64,000 nucleotides of DNA, from the NCBI GenBank assembly GCA_963792675.1, contig CAWBWT010000008.1:771-64770 (forward strand), read 5' to 3'. Position numbers and translations under genes: made by a program. The notes under the pieces were generated by a model, which was given only the letters and a program-made list of their open reading frames with translations, had not been told where the DNA came from and searched no databases. This DNA comes from an uncultured Alphaproteobacteria bacterium (GTDB taxonomy: Bacteria > Pseudomonadota > Alphaproteobacteria > Acetobacterales > Acetobacteraceae). This document shows positions 28,871 to 39,556 of this stretch, piece after piece; the stretch's first letter is position 1; each line of letters begins with the position of its first letter.

Positions 28871-29898
28871 GTGGGTCTGTCCACTCGCGGGCAAACGCGG
28901 CCAGCGTGTTCCCCTGGAAGTGTGGGCTCGCATGGGCGAACAGCGCGTCCATGTCGCGGAACAACGCCTCGATCGACTCCTCGGTCGGGAACGTCGGACT
29001 GCCGCCCGGCATCAGCTCCGACGAGTGCAGCATGAACTCCACGTAGTCGCGCCGCTCGGCCACGCAGGCGTCGATCAGCCGCTGCATCCGGAGGAGGTTG
29101 CGCCCGTTCGGACGCAGCCACTCGACCGGCCAAATCCGCCGGCGCAGGCGGCCGGCCGCGGCCACGCCGTCCAGTCGCCGCTCGTGCTCGCGCAGCAGGC
29201 GCGGCGCCGTATCTACCGTCGTCATCGGCACTTCCAACAGCCCCGATCGGCCCGCCGCGGCGATGTCGTCACGCCCGAGGAAGTACGGGCTCGCGGCGAA
29301 CGACCGGTAATCGGTCCCGCCCGCGCCCTCCGGATTGCCCTTCGCGCCGCGCCAATCGACGCCCGGCGTCACCGAGCAGTCGGCGACGTAGCCGAGCTCG
29401 TCCAGGATCCGTGCATAACGCGCGTCGAACGCCCACCGGCCGGCGCGATGGCTCAGCATCGGCGTCGCGAACACGTCCTCAAGCAACCGGGTCAGATCGG
29501 TGATCTTGTCCCGCATGACGGGCTCGGGATACTCGATCAGAAACGGCATGGTCCGCGTGTCGTGCGCCGTCAGCCTGTAATGCGGCGGCGAGTTCCAGGC
29601 GTGCAGGTGCATGCCGACCTCGCCGGCGCCCCGGTCGACCACGCCTCGCGCCCACGAGGCGAATTGCCGGTCGGTCGCCATCTCGTAATTCGTCAGGTAG
29701 GTCGGACGGAACCCGTAGCGTTCGCACAGCGCCTGGAACCGCGGCAGGAACGCGGTGTTCCGGGTGGTGACCTTCGTCCGGGCCGCTCCAAAGGTTGTCG
29801 CCTTCGGTGTCGATGGTGATGAGGAACGCCGGCCACCGCACCGCCCTGCCGCCGCACCCCGCCCCATTCCGCGGCGCCGAACCGCTAAGCCCGGCCAT
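28836..29898 (-). pseudogene. Polysaccharide deacetylase-like (WalW-type) protein. Frame disruption near 29779-29787, possibly a sequencing indel.
   Basis: The N-terminus ...RWPAFLITIDTEGDNLWS (ORF 29479..29898) continues as ARTKVTTRNTAFLPRFQALCERYGFRPTYLTNYEMA... in the frame of ORF 28836..29867. The family name is from recall. Confidence 0.6.
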
Positions 29899-31322
29899 GG
29901 CTCGCTGTCATCCGGCGCAAGCGGTCGAACAGGAACGCCCGCGCGTCCAGCACATCGAGCGCCAGCACCGCCCCCGCATAGGTCAGCGCGCCGAGGCCGA
30001 CCTGCAGCACCAGGAACACGGGCCCGTCACCCCGCAAGGACAGCACCACGGCCGCCATCGCGCCGCAGGCTGCCAGCAGCCGCGCCAGCACTCCGAACGG
30101 GATCGGCATGGGAAACGAGTAGCGGCCGAGCACCACGTCGAGCCCGCAGGACACCGCCGCCGCCGCGGCCATCGCCATCGCCGCCCCCATCGGACCGTAG
30201 AGCGGGATCAGCCACACGCCGAGCCCGATCGAGACCGTCGCCGTGATCGCCATGATCCAGGCCAGGTAGACCGGCTTGTGTCCGAGTTGGAAGGCATGGT
30301 CGAAATAGCAGGACCGCAGGCTTTCGAAGAACTGCCCGGCCGCCAGCCACGGCACCAACTGCGCCATCGCGTCGGAAAACCTGCGCGCCCACGAGCGTCT
30401 GCGCCAGGCCGTCGGCCGTCAGCGCCATGCCGAGCGCGGCCGGCGCGATCACCGCGAACAGCAACGACAGGTTGGCGACGAGCTGCTGCCGCGCCGCCGC
30501 CGGATCGCCCGACTCAACCGCCTGCACCGCCAGCTGGTATCCGGCGGCGACCACTCCGAAGGCGAGCACGCCCAGCGTGCTCTGCACCACGACATAGGCG
30601 GCGGTGAACAGCCCCAGCGCCTCCGCCGAATCGAGATGATTGATCAGCAGCCGCGTGCCGCTGGTCGACAGCGCGCTCAACGCCATGCACCCCGCGAGCG
30701 GCAGCCCGAACCGGCAGATCTGCCGCGCCAGCGCCGGGTCGAAACGGCTGGGACGCAGCGACCAATCGCGGGTGCGGCCCAGGGCGGACGCGCCGAACAT
30801 GCCGGCGCCGTAGCCGAGCGCGGTCCAGACCGGGTCGCCCGTCAGCCAGGCGGCGCCGCCGGCGCCGGCCATGATCAGCACGGCGCGGCCGAGCGACATG
30901 CTGAGATACGTGCCCGGCCGGAAGTTCACCACCTCGAAGCTGGACAGCAGTTCGAACCACGCATAGGCGACCATCAGCACGAAGCCGACCCCGTAGATCC
31001 GCGCCGTGTCGCCGCTCACCACCCCGCCGGCCCAGGCCAGCAGGAACGCCATCCCGGACCCGGCCGCCGTCAGAACGCAGATCTGCGCGAAGGTGGACGG
31101 CGTGCTCGGGTCGCCGCGCCGAGCCTGGTATAGCCGGGCGGTCGACACGACGATCCAGTTGAACAGGGTCTGCGCGCCGAACGTCATGACCACCAGCGCG
31201 AGCCCGTACTGCCCATACGTCACCGGCGTGAGCAGCCGCGTCAGCAAGGCCGTCGTCGCCATGGCGATCAGCCCGACCAGCAGCCGCGCGAGCAGGTAGA
31301 TGGCGCTTTGCTGGATCAGCAC
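29885..31322 (-). pseudogene. Wzx-type polysaccharide flippase (MOP superfamily). Frame disruption near 30374-30383, possibly a sequencing indel.
   Basis: ORF 30027..31406 reads ...LIQQSAIYLLARLLVGLIAMATTALLTRLL... with about 10 TM segments. It loses frame after ...LAQTLVGAQ and resumes as FSDAMAQLVPWLAAGQFFES... in ORF 29885..30367. I favour the GTG start at 31322; the ATG at 31406 would overlap the upstream gene by 50 nt. Confidence 0.75.
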
Positions 31323-31356
31323 GTCGCGACAGCGGCCCGAACCGCTTCCAGCCTGC

Positions 31357-32790
31357 TCACGAAGCGGCGCCGCCCCGGGTCCGGCCGGCCAAACCGGCGG
31401 CAGCATCGCCCGCCAAGCCCTGCCACGGCGCCGTCCGACGTTGCCGGCGCTCGCCCGCCACCCGCGCCCGGTGCGCCTGCTGCACGGTGAACAGGGTAAT
31501 GATGACGGCCGGCATCATTACCGTGAACGGGTCGGGATACGACATCGTGCCTTCGGAGAAGTTCAGCACGACGTCGTCCAGCATCAGCAGCAGGATCCAA
31601 ACCGCCTCCGGCATGCCGCCGCGCCGGGCCACCGCCAAGGCGCCGTAGATGATCCGTCCCCACACCAGCAGGAACATCGCCAGCCCCACCAAGCCGATCT
31701 GCAGCGCGGTGTCCATGTAGCCGTTATGGGCCGACGGCGCGTTCCACCCGATCTGGCGCCAGATATGCTGCACGACGCGGGAATCGGAGTTCCAGAACCC
31801 GGAGTAGCCGTAGCCGAACCAGGGCCGCTGTGCGATCGCCTCGAGGCTCGCCTGCCAAAGCGGCGCTCGTCCGGTGAAGCTCATGTCGCGGCCAACGAGC
31901 GTGAACGGCAGCGCCGGGTCGAGAACCGTGAGCGTGGCCAGCGCGCCGAGCAGCGACACCGCGACGAACAGCAGCAGAACGATCAGCCGGCTCCGCCAGA
32001 AGAACGCGAACATGCCGGCGCCGATCAGCGCCAGGCAGATCGTCGCCGCGGTGCTGGACCGGGCCAGGACCAGGCAGGTCAGCGCCATCACGAGGCCCAG
32101 GACCGGCCAGCCGAACCGGCGGTCGCGCAGGATCAGATAAAGGTAGTAGCCGGTCGCGAGCTCGATTGTGGTGCCGGTCTCGTTCTTGGTCGAGAACAAG
32201 CCCCGCAGCGCCCCTTCATAGCCGGCCAAGGTCTCCGAGCCCACCTCGGGGACCAGCAGCCAGACCACCAGCGACAAGCCCAGCAGCCACGTCACGCAGC
32301 GTCCGAGCGCGGCGATGGTGCCCGTCAAACCGAGTTCGAGGTAACAGAACAGGCCGAACCCCAAGCCGGTCAGGAACGACACGCTGCGCCGCACGCTCGC
32401 GAACGGATAATCCGACCAGAACGCCGACACGGCGCACAGCCCGATGATCGCGAGATACGGCGCCATCGGCCTGAGCGTCGCCCGGACCTTGGGCCAATTG
32501 CACAGGACATAGACACCGACGACGACCAAAATCGCGACCTGCGCGAAGGTGCCGAACGGATCCGTCTCGCCCACCTGCAGGTGCGGCGCACCGCGCAGGT
32601 TCCGCAGCGACGGCATCAGCGCCCCGGCATAAACCGCCATGCCCAGGAACACGAACACGCCGCGCAGCACCGCCAGCACCCGGTCGCGGCGGGCGATCGC
32701 CGCGCGCCGTCCGGGCGCCATGTCGCGCAGCGGCAACGGCGGGACCACGTCGCGCAGCGGCAATGGCGGGACCATGTCAGCCCGCAGCAT
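31357..32790 (-). CDS. O-antigen ligase/Wzy-like polysaccharide polymerase
   Basis: About 10-12 TM segments with a large loop carrying ...WNAPSAHNGYMDTALQIGLVGLAMF..., a Wzy_C-type motif. The start is uncertain because the N-terminus contains a 27-bp duplication. Confidence 0.75.
   Translation of the reverse strand: MLRADMVPPLPLRDVVPPLPLRDMAPGRRAAIARRDRVLAVLRGVFVFLGMAVYAGALMPSLRNLRGAPHLQVGETDPFGTFAQVAILVVVGVYVLCNWPKVRATLRPMAPYLAIIGLCAVSAFWSDYPFASVRRSVSFLTGLGFGLFCYLELGLTGTIAALGRCVTWLLGLSLVVWLLVPEVGSETLAGYEGALRGLFSTKNETGTTIELATGYYLYLILRDRRFGWPVLGLVMALTCLVLARSSTAATICLALIGAGMFAFFWRSRLIVLLLFVAVSLLGALATLTVLDPALPFTLVGRDMSFTGRAPLWQASLEAIAQRPWFGYGYSGFWNSDSRVVQHIWRQIGWNAPSAHNGYMDTALQIGLVGLAMFLLVWGRIIYGALAVARRGGMPEAVWILLLMLDDVVLNFSEGTMSYPDPFTVMMPAVIITLFTVQQAHRARVAGERRQRRTAPWQGLAGDAAAGLAGRTRGGAAS
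32719..32772 (-). repeat. 27-bp in-frame tandem duplication (2 copies plus a partial third)
   Basis: ca[t/c]gtcgcgcagcggcaa[c/t]ggcgggac occurs twice. It encodes VPPLPLRDV / VPPLPLRDM at the 5' end of the wzy-like ORF. Confidence 0.8.
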
Positions 32791-34003
32791 GGGACCGCAC
32801 CTGCGCTCGATCGGGCATGATGACCTCTTTTTCGCCGGCTGGCACCGCGCCGGCCGCGCCGCTCAGCAGCTGGGTGATCAGGCGGCGATAGCGATCCGCC
32901 ACGGCGGCGGCGGAGAAATCGTCGGCGCGCCGGCGCAACGCCGCCGCATCGGCGGGCTCGGCCAGGGCGGCGTCCATCGCCGACGCCAGCGCGGCGGCAT
33001 CGCCGACCGGAACCAGGCGCCCCCACTGGCCGCCGCCCAGGATCTCGGTCGGACCGTACGGGCAATCGGTGCTGACCACCGGCAACCCGGTCGCCATCGC
33101 CTCCACCAGCACGTTGCCGAACCCCTCGTGACGCGACGTCAGCACCAGCACCCGCGCCCGCGCCATAAAGCGCCACGGGTTGGAGGTGCCGCCCAGCAGC
33201 ACCGCACGGCCGGCCAGGCCACGCTGCGCAATCAGCCCTTCCAGCTCGGACCGCAGCGGCCCGTCGCCGAACATCACCAGCCGCGCGCGCGACGCCGCCG
33301 GCAGCAGGGCGAATGCCTCCACCAGCAGCCGGGGGTCCTTGCACTCGTGCAGCCGGCCGACGCTCAGGATCACCGGGTCCTGGCCGGGGGCGAACCAGGG
33401 ATGGTCCACCTCGCGCTGCGCCAGCGCGAGCAGGCGCGGGGTGACCACCGGATTGTGGATGACGGAAAAGCCGATGTCGCGGGACAAGGTCCGGCACAGG
33501 TCGGCGCCGACTCCGCGCGACACCGCGACCACCGCCGCCGCCCGCGGCAGCGTCGCCCGGTACAACCACGGCACCAGCCGGAACTGCGGCGACGGCCGCG
33601 CCGCCGTCTCGAACGACAGCGGCGCATGGATCGTCGTCACGACCCGGCTGGGACGTCCGGCGACCAGGTTCGCCCACACCGCCATGACATTGTTGAACGA
33701 CAGGAACGCCACCACCGCGTCGGGCCGTTCGCGCCGAAGGAAGCGCACCAGCGGCCAGAACGCCGCCAGGGTACACGACGCCCCCAAGCTCACCACCTCG
33801 GCGCCGGGCGGCAATTGCTCGAGCAGCGGGCCGTCCATCCGATTGACCAGCAACGACACATGCAGGCCCGGACCCGGCAACGCCTCGAGCAGGTTGAGCG
33901 CCACCCGCTCCGCCCCGCCCGCGCTCAAATCGGGGATGTACAGCACGACCCGCCGCACCGACGCCGGCGTCGCGTCCGCTTGCCGGCTGGAGCCCGGCGT
34001 CAT
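32777..34003 (-). CDS. Glycosyltransferase family 4
   Basis: The start ATG at 34003 forms an ATGA overlap with the stop of the upstream GT. N-terminal RRVVLYIPDLSAGGAERVALNL and C-terminal TSRHEGFGNVLVEAMATGLPVVSTDCPYGPTEIL. The ORF-track extension to 34345 is rejected. Confidence 0.85.
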   Translation of the reverse strand: MTPGSSRQADATPASVRRVVLYIPDLSAGGAERVALNLLEALPGPGLHVSLLVNRMDGPLLEQLPPGAEVVSLGASCTLAAFWPLVRFLRRERPDAVVAFLSFNNVMAVWANLVAGRPSRVVTTIHAPLSFETAARPSPQFRLVPWLYRATLPRAAAVVAVSRGVGADLCRTLSRDIGFSVIHNPVVTPRLLALAQREVDHPWFAPGQDPVILSVGRLHECKDPRLLVEAFALLPAASRARLVMFGDGPLRSELEGLIAQRGLAGRAVLLGGTSNPWRFMARARVLVLTSRHEGFGNVLVEAMATGLPVVSTDCPYGPTEILGGGQWGRLVPVGDAAALASAMDAALAEPADAAALRRRADDFSAAAVADRYRRLITQLLSGAAGAVPAGEKEVIMPDRAQVRSHAAG

Positions 34004-35274
34004 GCGTCGTTGACCGCTCGGCCCCGGCCCCGCAGCAACGTCCGCCGCGGCGCCTGCCGAAGCCCGAAGGCGTGGTCGTAGGCCGCCAGCAACGGCGGGA
34101 CCGAGTAAGTCCAGGCCAGCACCTGGCGGACCCGGTCGTAGCCGGACTGTCCCATCCGGTGCCGGGTCTCCGGCTCGTTCAGCAGCCGCTCGATCCCTTC
34201 CGCGAGCGCCCGTTCGTCGTTGGCCGTCACATACAGCCCCGCCTCCCCGGCCGACACGCGCGTCTCGTGCAGGTCGTAGCTGAGCACCGGCAGGCCAAAG
34301 AACATGTACTCGACGACCTTGTTCATCGTACTCTTGTCGGACCACTCGTTCTTCGGATCGGGATCAACGCCAATATGCGCCGACGAAAGTACATCGCAAA
34401 GCACGTCGTCGCTGACCCGACCCAGGAAGGTGCAGCAATCCGCCACCCCGATCTCGTTCGCATAGGCGACGATCGCCGGCTGGTGCGGGCCGCCGCCGAC
34501 GAACACGCAGTGAACGTCCGGCCGGCCCCGTTCGTCGCGCAGGATGCGCATCGCCCGCACCAGATGATCGACCCCATCCTGCGCGCACATCTCGCCGAGA
34601 TAGGTCAGCAGGAACGGCTTGCCCTGCGCCCAATCGGCCCGCGGCGGCTTCACGCTGAAGCGCGACAGGTCCGGACCCGAGCGCACCACATAGACGTCCC
34701 GCGGCGACTTGCCGCCCCGGCCGGTGGCGATCGCCCGATGACTCTCGTTGGTGGTGATCACCACCTGCGCCACCCGGAATGTCAGCGTCTCCATCAGCAG
34801 CAGCATGCGATGCAGCAGCCCGGACGAGCGCCCGAACTTGGCGCCGAACATCTCCGGCGACAGATCGTGATGGTCGAACACGAACACCCGTCCCAGCATC
34901 CGCCAGAACAAGCCGAGCAGCCAATACGTTTCCGGCGGGTTGCACGCATGCAGCACGTCGAAGCCGCGCCCGAACAGCGCCACCCGCACCGACAGCGCCG
35001 ACGCCATCACCAGGCACCACGCGAACTCGGCCGCGAACCCCACAGCCCCCTTGGCGTCGATCGGCAACGGATAGCGGTAGATCGCCACGTCCTCGATGAT
35101 CTCGTGCGAGGCGTTGAACCCCTTCATCTTCGGGCAGATCACGCTCACCCGGCAGCCGGCCTTGGCGAGCGTGGTCGCCTCGAGCCACACCCGGCGGTCG
35201 AACGGCACCGGCAAGTTCTGCACGATGATCAAAACGCGGCGCTGAAACCGGCCGGACCGGGGAACGAGTGCCAA
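34000..35274 (-). CDS. Glycosyltransferase family 4
   Basis: RRVLIIVQNLPVPFDRRVWLEATTLAKAGCRVSVICP N-terminal domain and a GT-B C-terminal domain (...FVGGGPHQPAIVAYANEIGV...MNKVVEYMFFGLPVLS). Confidence 0.8.
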   Translation of the reverse strand: MALVPRSGRFQRRVLIIVQNLPVPFDRRVWLEATTLAKAGCRVSVICPKMKGFNASHEIIEDVAIYRYPLPIDAKGAVGFAAEFAWCLVMASALSVRVALFGRGFDVLHACNPPETYWLLGLFWRMLGRVFVFDHHDLSPEMFGAKFGRSSGLLHRMLLLMETLTFRVAQVVITTNESHRAIATGRGGKSPRDVYVVRSGPDLSRFSVKPPRADWAQGKPFLLTYLGEMCAQDGVDHLVRAMRILRDERGRPDVHCVFVGGGPHQPAIVAYANEIGVADCCTFLGRVSDDVLCDVLSSAHIGVDPDPKNEWSDKSTMNKVVEYMFFGLPVLSYDLHETRVSAGEAGLYVTANDERALAEGIERLLNEPETRHRMGQSGYDRVRQVLAWTYSVPPLLAAYDHAFGLRQAPRRTLLRGRGRAVNDA

Positions 35275-35283
35275 TATCGGCTC

Positions 35284-37443
35284 CTAAGTTGGTGCTGCTG
35301 CGACCGCGCCGACCGGGTCCGACCGGGTCTGCGCCGCCGCGAAAACGATGTCCGTCACCAGAGCGCGCCCAGGTTCGATCCGGCCGCAACCCACGAGGCT
35401 CGGCGCCGGCTGCTTGCGGCCGAACCCCGGCGAATACCAGCCGAGCATTGGCTCCGTCCGCCCATGGTGCAGCGTCCACTGCATCGCGTCCGGCAACCTC
35501 ATGACCGCCTCTCGCGGCCCCGCCGGCGTGCTCCACGCGAGCGTCGCCCGGTGTCCCTCCAGGCGGCAATCGATGCGCGGGTGCAGGTGGAACGCCAATC
35601 GGCCGCGCAACGGACCGGGCGCCTCCACCACGTCGTGCACGACCAAGCTGCGCGCCTGCCGGTCCAGCACCAACCGCCGCCGGTGCACCGCCTCGCGCTG
35701 AGCCCCGCGCTTGGCCCCTCGCTTTGCCCAATACCCGTCATGGCTCGCCTCGACCGTGGCCCTCGGCCCCTCGCCCAGCCCCGCGGCCTCGATCAGCCGC
35801 ACCGCCGGCGCGCTCGACCACAAGAACGCCCCCGCCTGCGTCGCCTGGTCGGCGCCGTCCAGCTCGAGCGTGTTGTGCGCCACCGTGGACCTGAAGAAGC
35901 GCCGCCATTCCGGCTCACCGTGGTAGCAATACGTTCCGGGGTCGACCAGCACCTCCGCCCCCCCGGCGCGCAACTCGAACGACAGCGCGTCGGCATGGGC
36001 GTGGGCGGCGATCGACAGGAACCCGTGCGGCCCGCAATCGAACCGGCACCAGAGCTCGTCGGCGGCCGGCTGCAGGTCGCGCAGGATCACCACGCCCGCA
36101 TCGACGAACAGGCTCGGGCGGGTCGGCGCATGTACGACGGTGCGCGGCGCCCCCGGCGAGGCCGCGCGCAGCAGCCGGGCGCCGACGCTGCCGACCGCCG
36201 GACGCGGCCACCAGCCCGCGCGTCCGAGCAGCAGCGTCCCGGCCTCCAGCAGCATCTCGGTCTGGCTCACCCCGCGCCCGTCGGCGACCAGCACCCGCCC
36301 CTCGTCGCCGTCGCCCTGCCGGGGCGGACGGAGCCGCGTATCCACGCTCGCCGCCAGCGCGTCGATCATCCGCGCCAGGTGGGTCCAGTACGCCTCGCTC
36401 AGCGGCGCGCCCGACGCATCCGCCTCGACCGCGGCCACCAGGAACAGCTCGCTGGTGAAGCCGTGGTAATCGGACGCGAGCTCGCGGTTGAGCCCATCCG
36501 GGAAGCTCTGCCGGGCGATGTCGCGCTCCAGCTGCGCGGCCGCCAGCGCCGACCACGCTTGGCTGGCCGCGAACATCGGAAACGCCCGGCTCGCGGCCAG
36601 CAGCCCCGCCATCTCGGCGATCACGTGGTTGTTGGCCGACGACCCGCGACTATAGAACGTTGCGATCCAGTGCTGGTGCGCATGCAGCTGCATTTGGAAC
36701 TGCGTGCTGCGCTCGAACGCGTCCTCGACCCCCGGGTAGTCCTGCAGCAACCGCCGCATCCAGCACCAGTTCAGCAGCCGCAAGCCCATCTCGATGCCGC
36801 TGACCCAGTGGATGCCCCGCAGCGGCGGGTTGGCGTCCTGCCACGACCGCAGGTGCTCCAGCGCCCGCCGTGCGTAGCGTTCATCGCCGGAGCTGCTGTA
36901 AGCCGCCGCGAGCACCGTCAAATGATGCAGCCGCGAGATCTCCCAAACCGCCTTGACATTGCCGACCACATGCTCGTCACGGTACCGCACCTGGAACCAG
37001 GGCGCGTCCGACGGCGCACGCCGGCCGGTGACCGGATCGAGGAACCAGTCGGGTGCGGCTCCCGATAAATCCGCCGTGGCGCCGAACACCGCCCACTTTC
37101 CGGAGTCCAGCAGCGCCTCGGCGCACTCCAGCAGCTGCCGGGTCGCCGCGGCCGCCGGTCCGCTCGGCGCACCGCCGCCGCCGGCCCATCTCGGCACCGC
37201 CGCCGGCGTCGGCCAAGCCTGGCGAAACCGCGCATGCCACAGCCGCTGCAAGGCGACGTTGCGGGCGCGCCAGGCGATCTCGCCCGGGCCCATGCGCCGG
37301 AGCCGCTGCAGGCGCCAAGCGAAACGCCGGGCTAGTCGCACGAGGCCGACGGCCGGCGAGGCAAGTGCCCGGCCGGTCGGTCCCGTCCCGCAGCGCTCGG
37401 AACGCGCATGGCCGGAGCCCGGCGGCCGATGCTCAATCGGCAT
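35284..37443 (-). CDS. Heparinase II/III-like (alginate-lyase-fold) protein
   Basis: The N-terminal alpha/alpha-toroid-like region has NHVIAEMAGLL. The C-terminal part has HAHADALSFEL...GTYCYHGEPEWRRFFRSTVAHNTLELDG, the heparinase II/III signature. The start is uncertain; 37443 overlaps the upstream stop by 11 nt. Confidence 0.7.
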   Translation of the reverse strand: MPIEHRPPGSGHARSERCGTGPTGRALASPAVGLVRLARRFAWRLQRLRRMGPGEIAWRARNVALQRLWHARFRQAWPTPAAVPRWAGGGGAPSGPAAAATRQLLECAEALLDSGKWAVFGATADLSGAAPDWFLDPVTGRRAPSDAPWFQVRYRDEHVVGNVKAVWEISRLHHLTVLAAAYSSSGDERYARRALEHLRSWQDANPPLRGIHWVSGIEMGLRLLNWCWMRRLLQDYPGVEDAFERSTQFQMQLHAHQHWIATFYSRGSSANNHVIAEMAGLLAASRAFPMFAASQAWSALAAAQLERDIARQSFPDGLNRELASDYHGFTSELFLVAAVEADASGAPLSEAYWTHLARMIDALAASVDTRLRPPRQGDGDEGRVLVADGRGVSQTEMLLEAGTLLLGRAGWWPRPAVGSVGARLLRAASPGAPRTVVHAPTRPSLFVDAGVVILRDLQPAADELWCRFDCGPHGFLSIAAHAHADALSFELRAGGAEVLVDPGTYCYHGEPEWRRFFRSTVAHNTLELDGADQATQAGAFLWSSAPAVRLIEAAGLGEGPRATVEASHDGYWAKRGAKRGAQREAVHRRRLVLDRQARSLVVHDVVEAPGPLRGRLAFHLHPRIDCRLEGHRATLAWSTPAGPREAVMRLPDAMQWTLHHGRTEPMLGWYSPGFGRKQPAPSLVGCGRIEPGRALVTDIVFAAAQTRSDPVGAVAAAPT

Positions 37444-38860
37444 CCTTGGTGATGAACCCGCCCCAGATCGTCCGCAGGATGATCACGGCGTCCAGCAGCA
37501 GCGACCAGTTCTCGAGATACCAAAGATCCAGCTCGACCCGGCGCCGCGCCTTCGCGACGCTGTTGACCTCCCCGCGGGAGCCGTTCACCTGCGCCCAACC
37601 GGTGATGCCCGGCTTGATCACATGCCGCGTCCGGTACTGCAGCACCACGTCGAAGTAATAGGCCTCGCCGACCCGCATATGCAGCGGGTGCGGCCGCGGT
37701 CCGACCAGCGACATGTCGCCGCGCAGCACGTTGAACAATTGCGGCAGCTCGTCGAGGCTGAGCCGCCGCAGCACACGCCCAACTGGAGTGACCCGCGGAT
37801 CGCGCGCAAGCGTCCGCTGCGCGCCGCTGACGTCGCACGCCTGCTGATACATGCTGCGGAACTTGTACACCTCGATCGCCCGGCCGCCGAGGCCGAAGCG
37901 CTTCTGCCGGAAGATCGCCGGACCCGGCAACTCCCAGCGCACGAGCACGGTGATGAGCAGGAACGCAGGCAGCAGGAACGCGATCGCCGCCGCGCTGACG
38001 GTGATGTCGATGGCGCGCTTGGCGGCGCCGGCCAGGCCCGCATGCGGGTCGCCCACCAAGTCGATCAGGGTAGCGCGGCCGAACCGCTCGAGGCTGCTCG
38101 GCGGCCGGCCGAGCGCCACCAAATCGATCGCCAAGCAAATCCGGACCGGCTGATCGGCCAGCCCGCTGCAGATTTCAGCGATCTGCGTCTCCTCGCCTTG
38201 GCTGGTCAGCGCCAGCACGACCACGTCCACGCTCTGCTCGATCACCGCCGAATAAAGCCGGCTGAGCCAATCCGGCTCGCGCACATCGACCTGCTCGATG
38301 ACCCGCCAGCGGCTCTTGGGGCTGCTCATCGCCGAGTGCCCCAGTGTGGCCGTGTGATCCGGATGGCCGACCACCACGACGCGCACGGCGCCGATCACCG
38401 CCTTCTCGAACAGGCTCGCAACGACCCGCAACCCGCCCGACAGCACCGTCGAGATCAACGCCCAGGCGCCGAACCACTTCATGATGAATTCGGCCGTCGC
38501 CCGCGGCGCGAGCAGCCCGCACAGCACCCCGGCCAGGCACAGCGACGCAAGCGTCGACACCGCGGCTTGCGCACTCGACGGCCACGCCGAATTCTTGCTC
38601 GCGGCACCGGCGCCGCGAACGGCCCGGCGGGTCGCGACGGCGATCACCGCCACCACGGACCCGGTGACGAAAACCTTCCACAGCCCGGTGCTATGCCCGG
38701 CAACCGCCGCATGCGCGACGACGCCGACCCCGACCGTCTGCGCAACATCGGCCGCAGCGACACCCAGCCGCACCATTCTTGGCGTGATCCACTGGCTCGG
38801 CTTAGTAACAGGAGTGGTCAAGCCCGGTATTACAGTACCGAAGGCCAGCGCCGGGGCCAT
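37433..38860 (-). CDS. Undecaprenyl-phosphate hexose-1-phosphate transferase (polyprenyl glycosylphosphotransferase, WbaP/ExoY/GumD family); the priming enzyme
   Basis: N-terminal TM bundle. The C-terminal sugar-transferase domain reads KRAIDITVSAAAIAFLLP...FRQKRFGLGGRAIEVYKFRSM...DELPQLFNVLRGDMSLVGPRP. Confidence 0.9.
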   Translation of the reverse strand: MAPALAFGTVIPGLTTPVTKPSQWITPRMVRLGVAAADVAQTVGVGVVAHAAVAGHSTGLWKVFVTGSVVAVIAVATRRAVRGAGAASKNSAWPSSAQAAVSTLASLCLAGVLCGLLAPRATAEFIMKWFGAWALISTVLSGGLRVVASLFEKAVIGAVRVVVVGHPDHTATLGHSAMSSPKSRWRVIEQVDVREPDWLSRLYSAVIEQSVDVVVLALTSQGEETQIAEICSGLADQPVRICLAIDLVALGRPPSSLERFGRATLIDLVGDPHAGLAGAAKRAIDITVSAAAIAFLLPAFLLITVLVRWELPGPAIFRQKRFGLGGRAIEVYKFRSMYQQACDVSGAQRTLARDPRVTPVGRVLRRLSLDELPQLFNVLRGDMSLVGPRPHPLHMRVGEAYYFDVVLQYRTRHVIKPGITGWAQVNGSRGEVNSVAKARRRVELDLWYLENWSLLLDAVIILRTIWGGFITKDAD

Positions 38861-39556
38861 CGAGCTTCTGGATCTTCATCGCACCGAGGCCCGCCTCTCC
38901 AGTTGTTACCTGAGCAAAATATGTAACCGGCCCTTTAGGACATAACCGCTACTGATCGCTTCGGCAAGGCATCGATCCAAGTGCAATCATCACGAGATCA
39001 AATCGATTTATACTTGCACGCCCAAAGACAACGTTACCCTCCCCAGCAGACCGCTACGCAGCCGCAATCACACCTTCGCTGCGTCGACTGTCTCCCCCTA
39101 ACCACCTCGCACTGCTCACCTTCTACACCACTTAAACACCTCGACAGATGACAACGACGTCAAAATATCGCGACTTCGGCAAAAGACGAAGAGGTCGTTA
39201 ACTTGAACTTTTTGAGCAGGCAACGTCACACCGCATCCCACCGTTAATGCCCGTTCAAGATACCGTGATGGAACAGCGCCTCGGCTGCACAACTCTCGCG
39301 CCATTATCGACCAAGCATTCCGCAAGCCATCGACCCCGGTCCAGCCATCCCGCCCCGGTCAGTATTTGCGCCGGACTTTGCCGCCGTCGGCATCGGTCTC
39401 CGAGTGTTCGTGCGCGCGGCGCCCGCCAATCGCGCGCCGCACGCCGCTCGCCGCGCCCGCAGGTCCGGCAGCTACATTCTTGCCAGCGCTCGGCCCGTCG
39501 CCTAGCCTCCGTTGTGATCGGCGATCGAATAGCCATGCCGTAGCGTCACCCCACTC

